NCBI GenBank assembly: GCA_964035545.1
Contig: OZ037766.1
Location: 19,766,767 to 19,830,766 of the forward strand
DNA length: 64,000 nucleotides
Source of the DNA: Bugula neritina
Taxonomy: Eukaryota; Animalia; Bryozoa
Reading direction: 5' to 3'
Below are positions 15,001 to 26,502 of the stretch, piece by piece. Each line of letters starts with the position of its first letter. Within the stretch, counting starts at the first letter, position 1. The position numbers and the translations under genes are program-made. The notes under the pieces were generated by a model. That model worked only from the letters and a program-made list of their open reading frames with translations, was not told the DNA's origin and did not search any database.

Positions 15001-18000
15001 GAAAGTCTCAGTGTAATGGTAGAGTTGAAGGTTGTGCCAGTGGTGAATAAGTTTATTCCTTTGAATAGTGTGCATATCCCTTGGGTGCTGAGCTATGACA
15101 CTTACCAGAGACCTAATAACTTGTACAGAGGGACTGTTGCCCCTATGAGTCACGTGACCTGCAACATCTCTGTGACAGGATCTAAACCCTTTGAAGGTCG
15201 GTGTTTATTGTGTGCTAGATTGTTGAGTTTTTCATGATACAAGCTTTGCTAATACTGCTGAGCACTAAAGGCACTTTTTGATTCTCTACAAATTAGCAAT
15301 TAGGCAGACAACTCACAAAATCCTTTTACAAATGGTGCATGACTATTTAAAGTTAAATATAAAATCATGTAAAATATTATTAAACTCACAGCAGTATACT
15401 ACTTATACAGATCTTGCTAATTACATTACATTAGCTGCTATACTGAATACAACCAACTTTTGTACGCCTGCATATTCACAAGAAACGGGCAGAATTTAGT
15501 CAAATATTTGTTTTACTGCACTTGTCTTGCTATTGTAACATGGTGACGATATTTATTTGTTAGCAGATTCATTCTCCTCTATTTAAGGCTGTGCTAAGGT
15601 TGAGGCTTTGGGAATGGCTGCTAATACAATAAATTCTTCTCAAATTTTGGCTCTACCCGTGGCTCCTGGATATGATGTGGGTGACCTGAGACCACCCCGT
15701 AGTAAGTTAAACTATATTATGATGACTCAACAAGTTTATGAAATTCTAATTCTCTCTATCTGTTGGTTTGTGTTTCACATTTTGTGTTTCTTAACTTCGC
15801 TAAACAAAGCTGAACCTAGTATAAATCGTTTGGTTATCTAATTTATGTATTCAAAACTGAATTAATTTTTTGAAGAAAGACTTGTTCATAAATTTTGTTC
15901 AATATAAGTTAAATACAGTGTAGTGAAAACTAATATGAAACACAAATTTTCTCCATTACAAGTTTTAATTTTTCATTTTATAAATTTTGAAGAGATGAAG
16001 TTTGGAGCAAGGAAGCCATATGCAATGTACAATCAGCATAGATATGTTGAAATAGACTTGTTGGCCTTACACTATGTGCAGAGTATTGTTATTGGCTCCA
16101 ACATCCCCCACTTTGACATTCTGCTGCACACCAGTAAAGATGGTAAGACCTGGACATCGGCTATCCCAGTCTCTGGACTCACGTATACTTCAGAGCAACC
16201 TATTGCTGTCAACAGATTGGCTAGCCATATCAGGTTGGTCGCGTATTTTGCTTGCACACTTTGTATTTGAGCATATGTAAAACTTACGCAAGTTTATAGT
16301 TGCCATCCTTGTGAGAAAACCTCTGATGGAAGAAGTTTTTGTTAAATCGGGCTAAGGACTTATTCAAATGGGGCACAGGAACAATTATGACTGGATGCTC
16401 TTCCTAACATCACCAATGTCCTTTGTCGGGGTTCAAACTCATGACTTCGTGCTTACTAAGCAAATGCTTTAACCCCTAGACCACGGCTGCTCCCTGTTTT
16501 AGTATATGTGAAGATAATTAATTTAATAGTGCTTTCTTTTATTAAAGTTTATGTTTCTGCATTGATACATATTATTCACAATTTAAGAATTCAGACCTCC
16601 TATGTTTTTCAGATCTAAAATTAGAAACAAAAATAAGCTATTAGTATCAGAAGTGATGCGTGTGTTGTTCATCTCCCTCCAGCAGCTTTGCAGTGTTTTC
16701 AACTTATTAAAATTTGTAATTTTAGAGTTATTTTTTCAAGTCCACCTTCCTTGGAAATTAATATGGAGATATTTGGTTGCCTTCAAGAAAGCAAGTATAG
16801 AACGGCTCTCACCAAACCCAAAGGTAACTTGACTAAAATATACAAACATTTTGATAAAGCAAAGTTTTTATACATTTTTAATTTTTTTTGGCTTGCAATC
16901 ATTATAAATGGTAACCAAGCAAAAATAAATGCAGACAATGTAATGGAACCACAACTGCATTTGTTACAGCAATTATAATAATTGTGTAGTTGAGCCTTTC
17001 TCCTTCAACTATGCATTTTCCCACTGGGTCAGTCTTCTTTATTTTAAGAACTTTTGGTCAGTGTTATTATTTCCATACATATCACACAAAATTTAAGTAT
17101 GTAAATGATGAAATTTGTAATACCAGTTATTTTATACAATGTCATCACACTGAATGTCATTTTGTATACATTTAGAGTTCCAGCATGCACCACGGCAGAT
17201 ATTGGCTTCAGAAACTGAACTGTATATATGTGACTCAAAACCAGAGAAAGGTTTTCCACCAACTTGTCTTGTTAAATCTTTGATCACCAACACTTGGTCA
17301 GGTATATCGTATTGAAATATAAGTGGTGTGTAAACATAATATTTTACAAGTTGAATAAGTTTTTATAAAATATACTTCCTATAGTTCTTTGATAAAAAAG
17401 AATTGAATTTTTTTGACTCTAATTTTTTTTGTGATTTATCTAATCCTTACATAGTGCTGTTCCATTTTGATCTGCTGTGTTAGTTATAAATGACTTGTAT
17501 AAATACTATACAATAAAAAGTATCTTGTCATGTTGTTTTAATTTTAATTTGATGATGTTACTAAATTTTTTTATATTCTAATTTGAATTGATTTTATTGG
17601 TCACATGCATATTAGGGTAGGTTTGCTGTGCAACTGACGGTGGTTCTGCAACTCTTTATTAGAGTTGCCCTCTCATTAAACAACTTATAGACACACCAGA
17701 AGCATTCCCAGCTAAACAAATGCTGCTGTTTATGAGAGATTACATCTGATAGTAACTTAAGAAAATGTAGTTTTCTTTGTAAAATATGTTCATAAACCGT
17801 CACCAGTTTCCATTTAAATGATGTGATTAGTCAAACAGTAAACTTGTATTCCGGTCGTTATGCAGACATGGACCCCAGGATTCAAAACCTTATTGGACTT
17901 AACAGTGATGTTGGCTACGCATTTGGTTTGACCAAATCTGGGAAGTATATGATGACCAGAAATGGAGGAAATCTGTGGACAAATATCAGCCCAAAACTGT

Positions 18001-19040
18001 ACCAATCGGTTAGTATTGTACAATTAGCATCTCTTACGCAGATATTTTATATAAGCTAGTGTTTGACATGGTTTTGCAGGGCTTTAATTTTCTGCATTTG
18101 CGTAGTGCAAGCGCCTATATCTTATGATTGAAATCTAGCTACTGTTGTTTTTATTTCACTTTTAAAGTTACAACATTCCTAATCGCACAACGTAAAACAA
18201 TAATTTTTATGGATACATGTGCTAATAATAATAAAGCTGAAATTATGTTAGGTACTATCCCTAATGTTGTTACTAGTCAAACACTACCAAATTAATATGT
18301 TATACCTGTTTTATTTAGTATGACTGTAATTCATTTGTGGATGATTGAACCAAACTTATCTAAACTGTAATATCTATTGAAACATTAGCAAAATTGTTCT
18401 CAATCTTTTAGAATACGGCAAGCTTTTAGCCAAATCTTATACTAGATTTCAGAATTGACCAATTTTCAATATGTTAATTAATTCATATTTTAAAGCATAT
18501 TTTAAACATGAGAGCTATGCATGGTATATGTTGATTCTATTTTTAGTTCTCTGTTGATATCCCTCCGCTATCTCTGCCATGGGAAAATCTTACCCAAGAC
18601 GTGCTCTCCACCCCACACAAGTGTAGCTCACCTGATGGGACTCACACTTTTGCTGGTATTAACACCTTTCCTGTCAACCTACATATACATAGCTATGTAA
18701 CAACCAAAGTGTAACTCAGCAAAAATAAATCTTCTTGCTAACTTGTGCTTGTATTTGTAGCTAGCTTGTTTTTTATCAGTCATAAGAGTTATTGTCATGG
18801 TAGATGGAAGTTTCCGTCACTATATGCTATTTATGCAAAATTTATGCTGGTATATTTGCCATGTTTACATTTTAGGTGCAGTAACATAGTAACTGCCTCT
18901 CAAAAAGTTTCAGTTTATATTGTTAAGAAAGTATAAGGTGATGAAAGCTAACTTTTTGTATTGTAGCAACGGATGATGGTTTGCACCAGCTTGTGGGAGG
19001 AGTGTGGAAGAGAGTAGTGGATTGGGAAACATGCTGCTAA
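1..19040 (+). CDS. Large multi-exon, probably extracellular protein (5' end outside window): tandem ~140-150 aa beta-rich repeats, F5/8 type C (discoidin)-like domain, C-terminal module
   Basis: Phase-compatible GT-AG exons at approximately <1-78, 969-1117, 1517-1607, 2510-2620, 2932-3136, 3346-3530, 4348-4499, 5157-5336, 6140-6317, 6785-6957, 7403-7482, 7626-7876, 8405-8651, 9106-9270, 10195-10333, 10638-10780, 11072-11156, 11544-11717, 11990-12157, 12838-12954, 13331-13567, 13754-13823, 14021-14134, 14981-15196, 15589-15700, 15994-16226, 16740-16822, 17175-17301, 17866-18008, 18547-18655, 18967-19040 (ends ...WKRVVDWETCC*). Discoidin-like motifs: C...ALGM...INSSQI, YVEIDL, SKDGKTW, ASHIRL, MEIFGC. 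Many N-x-S/T sequons. AATAAA near 19142. Confidence 0.85.
5703..6146 (+). repeat. Minisatellite, 23-bp unit (GGTTGAGTGTGGTAATACTCTAG) x19
   Basis: Near-perfect head-to-tail copies; 6140-5703 = 437 = 19 x 23. The array runs directly into the exon starting at 6140. Confidence 0.95.
7495..7575 (+). repeat. Short intronic 15-bp tandem repeat (CTGTTGTTACCACAC-like, ~5 copies)
   Basis: Repeated gttaccacac cores in the intron between exons 7403-7482 and 7626-7876. Confidence 0.85.
14193..14323. mobile_element. 131-bp palindromic MITE with 9-bp TSD (Mutator-like)
   Basis: TIR GGGTGTGACTAAAATGGGTGGCCACCC at both ends; perfect flanking duplication ATTATATTG at 14184-14192 and 14324-14332. Confidence 0.9.
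16281..16494 (-). mobile_element. tRNA-derived SINE, copy 1
   Basis: Reverse complement of the copy at 52150; B-box-like segment and GGAAGAGCATCCAG core. Confidence 0.85.
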
Positions 19041-20641
19041 GGTCATTCATCATAACTGTAGTATTTATTGTACTGCTGGTAGTATTACATTTATATACCC
19101 TTATTGCACTACAACAGTTTTATCCCGTTAAATCATTGCAGAATAAATGTAATTAGATGATGATTTTGTCATCCTCTCTTTAGGCGAAAGCTGGTAAACA
19201 ACTGGTCTATATCCGTTAGATGGATGCAATCGTGTTTTTTATTTTTATCTATTGTGATGGGTTGTAGTAATTGTCTTGAGGTTGATGCTTCAATTTATGA
19301 TTTTGTGTTGTTGCTTTTGAAGTTGTTTATTATAAATGTTGTGCTAATAGAATTGTTTAAATTAGAAAAATATCCAATTGACTGTACTTTGTCCATTTAA
19401 ACAAAAAAAAACAAAATAAATAAATAAGTTTTGTGACTTGTGTAAAACACTGACTATTTATGGATTACAAGGTGCTTACTATAAAGAAGCAGAACGTTAG
19501 TTGAAAGAATCTGGTAATGAATATCATTGTACCAACTTTAGTTCAGAGTGCAGTTACCTGCTACCTATCTCTAAGAACAGCTTGGTTACAAAATTTAGTT
19601 ATTACATGCACCTGTCGAAAGTATGATACAACTATGAAAGCAAAACATTACATTACAACTTTCTTCAACATAAAATTATGAAATTTAAACCAATTAATTA
19701 TCATTTCCAATAAACCATGAGTTTACATTTCATGCTCACATTTTCCGAAAAACTGATCTAAATTATGCACTGTAATTAGTCAGCGGAAAGATTTTACTAA
19801 AAGCCCTACTAATGGAGCAGATTTCCACAATATACGCACACAAACATTCTTATTCTAATATATATTTATAGCCAGCAATTCATTAGTAACCTAGCCTATC
19901 AACACCATAGCGGAGGAGGTCACATCTTTTATACCATCTTTTTATTTTGAACACTATGGAAAAGAAATAGCACACTTTAAGCATGTTAGTATTCTCTTCT
20001 CTTTCAAACTAGTAATTCCAACAACAAAGGGTTTGATTTAAAACAAAACTCAAATTGATATTGAATTGATACTAAAACTTAACCAAATCATAGAAATCTT
20101 TATAACCTATAAAGATTTGTCACAACAAATGTAAAATAAAATACAAGCACATAACTCTGATCTATCAATGTTGTTTCACACCAGATAGTACGACATTCCC
20201 AACACTGGTAAGCCAGAAGCACTAGAATCATGTCTACGCAAAATCTGAATGATTAAACAGGACATAAAACAAAGTATAAACAAATTTAGTTATTCAAAAT
20301 TATTGTATTTAAATTACCAATAGTTTGAACAGATCTAATACTTCCAAGAAGTAGAGATATTAGTTGAAAAAACAAGTGAAGAGTAAGTTTGAATGTCTAA
20401 ATAGCAAAGAGATTTTTACCAGAGTGTCCAGAAAACCGGTCTGATATAACAAAATAGATATACAAAAATGTAACAAAATAATAGATCATAAATAGAAATT
20501 ATTTAGTAAAGTAATAGGTTGACATTGGATTTAAACACACTATGCGTAGAAACTTGATAACCAAGAAGTCGGTCTTTCAAATACTGGACATATATTTACC
20601 CAGAAGTTGTTACCTAATGACCTGAGAATGATGGAATAAAT

Positions 20642-22099
20642 TTAAGTCTTAATAACCAGAGTTCCGTTGCTGCTGGGGAAGTCGGATGATGCTCTGGAGG
20701 TCCCCCGTACTATTGGCCGTTGATTATCTCGGACAAATGGAGGATCAGCGTCATCTAGAAGGTCTGATTCCCAACCGCTGTCTTCTTGAGGAACGTAGTG
20801 AAACACTGGAATAAGTTGATGTGTGTGGAGTGATCTGTGTCTTCGCACTAACAAACATATCTAAAACATAACACAGTGGCTAAATGCAACAAACTGAACA
20901 CAGTTCAGGAAATGATGGTTGTGGCATTTTTCGTTTTCCGTTAACCATCACAACGCATACACTGCGTTTCCATTGCTTGGGATGAATCTGTACCGGTGCT
21001 CGCAAAGATCTATTTGTGGTTGCAGTTTGCATGAACTTATGGTTGTGGTTTGATTCGATGCAACTGTTCCCAAATATCGAATGAAAAATCCATTTTCATA
21101 AATCGAAGCAATGGAAACGTAGCTATAGAGATAAGTCAGAATTCTAGAATATAAATGGCTGTTGTAGATTGAAAAGTAAGTATCACTTTGTCAAGTAACT
21201 AAGAAAAAACTCATTGTAGAATAATAATATGCACAAAAGCTGTAGAAATATGCTTCGTTATCATGTGAATTGAGCTTATACCAAGTTTTCTTGCTGTGTC
21301 ACAGCTTTCCGTTATTCTGTAACACCTGACTAAGTTATTAATTTCTTCTGTGCTGATTACACTTGGAAATGTGTTCCATCCATTGGTATTTAATTATAGG
21401 AAGAAATCTCGATATATACATATTAGTATTTATTGTCAATGGGTCGAGAGTGTGTTGCAGTTTTGGGGTGTTTACATAATGATACTTTAAACTTTTTGTT
21501 GCTGTGAGAAAATCTATGTTTTAGTTCTGCATGAGATTTTGGGTAACAGATTACTCATGATTTCCAATAGCAATCTAACTTAGCAACAATGAAATTGGGA
21601 GATGCAAGCTTGATTGGCTATCGCAAACAAATCAGTTAATCATGATAGACATTAGACTCGCATGATAAATACAACAAAGATAACTTACGACTAGAGAAAC
21701 TAGAGCAACCACAGCTAATGCGACTAGAGGTACAGCCACATAGTACAATGAGTACTGAGTGAGATTCTTACTGGCTGTAGAGGGTGAGTCTGTAGTAACC
21801 ATACCATTCTACAAGATGACATGTTTGACAAACTAATAATGAAAGTGCAGAATAATGACAAAGAGATATGTAAACTATTTATATCCAATCAATAAATCTA
21901 AAGATATGTTTAATAAACTTGAAAATGTTGGAATAATCTAGAGGGAACAACTCTCACACTAGATGAGCTACTAACCTCATTAGTTATAGTAGAAACTGCT
22001 GCTGTAAATATGCGATTTGTATCTCTAGATGCTGCATCGTTTAGGAGGTGCCTCAGTCGCATTCCGAGTTCTAATGTGTCTTCTAACAACTCCTGCTTT
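20642..22099 (-). CDS. 3' exons of a single-pass transmembrane protein (5' exons unresolved)
   Basis: Exons 22099-21976 (KQELLEDTLELG...TITNE), 21808-21689 (NGMVTTDSPST...YYVAVPLVALAVVALVSLV) and 20860-20642 (ICLLVRRHRS...LVIKT*), with canonical AG/GT sites and matching phases. The hydrophobic helix is followed by the basic stop-transfer RRHR. Confidence 0.8.
20961..21123. mobile_element. Small MITE with ~18-bp imperfect TIRs
   Basis: ACTGCGTTTCCATTGCTT ... AAGCAATGGAAACGTAGC inverted ends, inside an intron. Confidence 0.65.
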
Positions 22100-23337
22100 C
22101 TATAAAAAAGGGTAGGTGAGACAATAAAATTAAATTTATTCCAAGTCTATTGTTATTTGTCTTCTTTTATCACACAACTTATTGCCCAGAGAAGGTTTGA
22201 GATTCAATTACTTTAACTAGGATAGCTATTTGCATACTGCAAAAATGTATTCTAAAATGTAGGGAGAAAATAGTTCTAAACGGTCATATTTAGTCTTACA
22301 ATATAATGGGCATACACAGCTATGGCATAAATTTTGTTATAGACAAGATGCACTGAAAAGTCAGTAAATTTTGAGCTCTTTAACAATAAAAAAATGTTGA
22401 GTGGCAAACAATTTTAAATCTAACATTTTATGCACCATAGCTTCATTGAGTTATAGCCCGTGATAGAAATACTGAGAAAATTTACAAATGATATTTAGAA
22501 GTTATGCTTGTTAATACGTTGTTTCCAGATAATAAACTAAACATTAAGCACTGCTTTGTTTATTGACATGTTTTTAGCATCGGCAAAACATTTGCAGGCA
22601 ATTTACATCTCCCTAATCAATGTTTAATACAGCAAGGGCTCAACTAAAACATCATGTTTACCTGTTATATTCATGCAACCAACTTAAAATAATCGCTATT
22701 ACTTCTGCAAAAAGCAATATAATTTTTCACACAAGGTATAATTTATCAGGAAGTAATTCACAACGGGAAACCTTTACTTTAAATTCTATATCCTTTATAC
22801 ATATTTAAAATGAAATGTAAAAATTTTTTTAACTAAACCTTCCACACAATTGTAGAGTTGCATGGCAAAGCAAATGAATTTTTTCAAGTGAATATTTCAT
22901 TTGGTTCACATTTCAATTCACTTGTTTAAGATGTTTCAACCTGGCATGAAAATGATTGAAACAATATTGTCAGCTAACCGTCATCTAACCATGGATGACA
23001 CTCTAAATGCACCTAAGGCAAAGCTAGAAGGTGCTATCCAGTGGGTGTATGCCAAAATGATATTAGACAGGCTGTTGCATATTCAACTTATCATCCCTTT
23101 CCATGTTGCTAATTTATCCAAAAGAACAGGGCTATAAAAATTTCTAATCAAACGTATCACGGAAGCTGCTAAATCGAAGTTATAAATAGTGAAGAAGTGC
23201 TTTAGAAGTTTCAACTCATGATTTTTTTTCAGGGTTACTTTGCAATATCTTCCCATAGCTAGACCTTGCCACAAGGCCGCAGAGGTTTTAATCACAGTGT
23301 TTATTCTCCTAAACAGATTGTCATCCCAGACTGACAA

Positions 23338-23760
23338 GCGTAGGGCCACACGGTGCATATTTTCGCAGACGAAAATTTGCAGTACAAGTAGAAAAGGTGT
23401 CCACTGTATGCATTGAGAAAACATCCTCACTTGTTGTTCAGAATGCTGAGCGGCAAGTGAGAATATTTTGTCGTAGTCACCTAATTGGCTGGTAGTTATT
23501 TAGCGAGCCCACTTTTCTTAATTTAGTGCTACATTCCATTAAAATTTTAAGTTTTATTGAAAGCGAGTGAGATTTAAAAATTAAAAGTTAATTTATCCCA
23601 TAGCCATAGCCATAGACAAGGCGAGCAGTAAAGTTAAACGCAAATATTCTTATCTAGTAGTTTTTCGATTTCACTGACACTACGTTTCGTATAGTGGAAA
23701 CCTTTTCTACATGTGGTTCAAATTTTCGTCTGCGAAAATACGCACCGTGTGACCTTACAC
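23338..23760. mobile_element. MITE, same family as 41864-42214 (PIF/Harbinger-like), more diverged copy
   Basis: Long TIRs TAGGGCCACACGGTGCATATTTTCGCAGACGAAAA / TTTTCGTCTGCGAAAATACGCACCGTGTGACCTTA; internal sequence shared with the 41.9-kb copy (e.g. GTCACCTAATTGGCTGGTAGTTATT). Confidence 0.85.
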
Positions 23761-23955
23761 TGATGAATTTGATGCAAATAGGCATAGTAATACTTTTTAA
23801 TTCATGTTATTTATTGATAATTTATTTGTTAAAATTATTAGTGAATAATAGTCGTGCTCTTGTGATTGGGGCCTACTTACTCTCAAAACACAGAATAACA
23901 GTAGTAATAAAGAACTGAAAAAAAACTTTGTGCTCAACATTAGAAATGTAGAAAA

Positions 23956-24412
23956 CAGGGTTAGAGCCAATTACATATAAATGTAATTAATTACAATTAC
24001 GAGAAAATCTGTTAATTATAATTGAAAATTAATGTAATTAACTACAATTACTTTTGCACTAACAAGGAATAAATGGAAGTTATGCAATCTCACTTCTGGG
24101 TTCTAACTACCTGGGGCAATTTTGTCAGTGGAGAGCCTCTTTTGTTCTCAATAATGATTAATAGGGTAATACAATACTACACTAAATTGATTTAAACTTT
24201 TTATTAAACAGTAGGCATGATAGAAAATGTATGAACTTTCAAGATTTAAAAATTTGAAGCAATTGACATGTAATTATAAAATAATTGTAAAAGTCATTTA
24301 CTTAATTACAATTACATTTTTATACATTAATTACAAATTACATTTAATTACTTGAAAAAATGTAATTAATTATAACCAATTACAATTACGAATTACAATT
24401 ACCTCAACCCTG
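23956..24412. mobile_element. hAT-like non-autonomous element
   Basis: Ends CAGGGTT ... AACCCTG; 8-bp TSD GTAGAAAA / GTAGCAAA (1 mismatch); many subterminal AATTAC repeats. Confidence 0.8.
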
Positions 24413-25228
24413 GTAGCAAATATGTTAATTTTCGTTTACAGTCAACTTGCTATATAACTTATAAGCATGTACTATAGCTGTTTAGTTTTATTTCAAATTC
24501 AACTTTTAATAAACTCTAATATACTATTTGGAAAATTCAACTATTGGCTGATTTACTCAGAAAATTAATCACAAAGACTGGTAATATAATTATTATAAAA
24601 ACTACTGTATTATTCATTACATAATTAAAATTGGTAACTGCAAAATTTAATAAATTACTTGATCAGCTAATTACCACTAATAGTTATGCATGTATAACTT
24701 AACAGATTGATGAAATAGGGCCAAAATTCAATCAGTTTAATTACTGTAAACTTATTTGAAAGCCTATAATTATTATTATTATTAAAATGAATTTAAAAAA
24801 AATATATACCTTATATACTTGGATGAGTTTCTCATGCAACTATTTAATGTAAACATAAAGTAATATGAGCCTACAGTGAGTCGTAAAATAACAGACAACG
24901 CCTTAATGTCGCTAATCTTAATAAGTCACACTGTAGTGAGTATAAGGTCACTTTTACTATTAGTATTAGTGCTATGCCTAGCCATATGCCATGGTTTTAA
25001 ATTTAAAATTATTACATTTACTGTCACCATGAGTATGAGTATCAGTATTAGTTAATACTCACACTTAGAGTAAATGGTTAGATTTTACTACCAGTATCAG
25101 TATGTAACTAATACTAATATTTATCATGATAGTAACAGTATTACAGTATGAGTGCACTGGCATGATTATGAGTATAACTACAACTATAACGTACGCAAGC
25201 TGCTGTCCATTTCCTACACAAAATAATA

Positions 25229-25649
25229 GGGTCATTTTACTTATCTTAGTACACACTGGAAATCTCCACTTTTCAGCTATTTTTTCACAAATTAGCTGCT
25301 AATGAACAAGGGCTTTTGCCAAAACTAGTAAAATATAAATGAATGCACCTAAATAATCGGGGTTCTTCTTAATTTTGCTTGATTTCCCATGATTTTTCCT
25401 AATTATTCAGCTACTTTTAATTGCAGAGTTTTATGAAAAAACTATAACTCTCCGAAATCAAAAGTGGCTGAATAATTAAAAAAAAAACATGGGAAATCAA
25501 GCAAAATAAGGCAAAACCTTGATTATTTAGGTGTATTCATTCATATTTTACTAGTTTTGGGCAAAAAACCATGTTCATTAGCAGCTAAATTGTAAAAATA
25601 GCTAAAAACTGGAGATTTCTAGGATGTACTAAACTAAGTAAAATGACCC
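25229..25649. mobile_element. ~420-bp foldback (almost fully palindromic) element
   Basis: Ends GGGTCATTTTACTTA ... TAAGTAAAATGACCC; arms complementary nearly to the centre (~25430-25445); flanked on both sides by AATAATA. Confidence 0.88.
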
Positions 25650-25852
25650 AATAATAAATTATACCACTAGATAACCACTTAAATGATACATTGATCACAT
25701 CAACCAAAGGAGCAGTTACACATTTACATATCACAATAATAAATGAACATGCGGCGAAATTGAATGTGCAAGTTACTTGTCAGCAGTACTGTACGACTCA
25801 TACATCAAATAATAAATAAATATAACAAGTATGCAATTTAGTTAATTCATAT

Positions 25853-25925
25853 TGATGTGTATGAAATGACTTATCAGATGTGTACAAACCGACTGGGTAC
25901 GAAACGACTTGTGTACGAAATGACC
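25853..25925. repeat. Short array of GTACGAAACGACT-like motifs, probably a DNA-transposon subterminal remnant
   Basis: gtgtatgaaatgact / gtgtacaaaccgact / gggtacgaaacgact / gtgtacgaaatgacc. Confidence 0.5.
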
Positions 25926-26502
25926 TATATTACTATAACTATAAGTTATCGCTAGTGATACTGATAGATCATTGGTGTAGTCCCTATGAGTATCAGTATC
26001 GCTATAACAGTATGATAGTGATACTCATACTGATGGTCAGTAGCAGTAGACGTACCAGCACTCGTAGTGATTGTGAGTGAGTAACAATAACTCTGACTGT
26101 AAGTCTAACAGTAACTGTAACAGTACCACTTACACTAACAGTAACTCAAACTGTAAGCATAAGCAATTATAGTTTGAGTTATGGTTTAAGTAAATGATAT
26201 ACTAAATCTAAATTAATACTAATAGCTCTAGTAATAGTAAATCACTCAATGTAATACTTATAAAATTAAATTTAAAATTTTAAACAACCGAGCTTTAAAT
26301 TAAAGTAATTGTGTGAATTCATCCTGAACTAAAGAATAAAAATACCTCAAATTAGACAACTCTTTAAGTATTATTATAGCATCAAGTTTAAATTTGTAAT
26401 TATAGTCATAGTGATACTGATAGTGCCTAGCTTGGTCATTGATAGCCTTAACACTTGATAATTTTGGTGTATCACTTTGAATTAAATAGTATAAGTATAG
26501 GT

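Noticed and set aside
23083-23430. 115-aa - strand ORF
   Set aside because: It starts inside a MITE and has no recognisable motifs or compatible splice sites.
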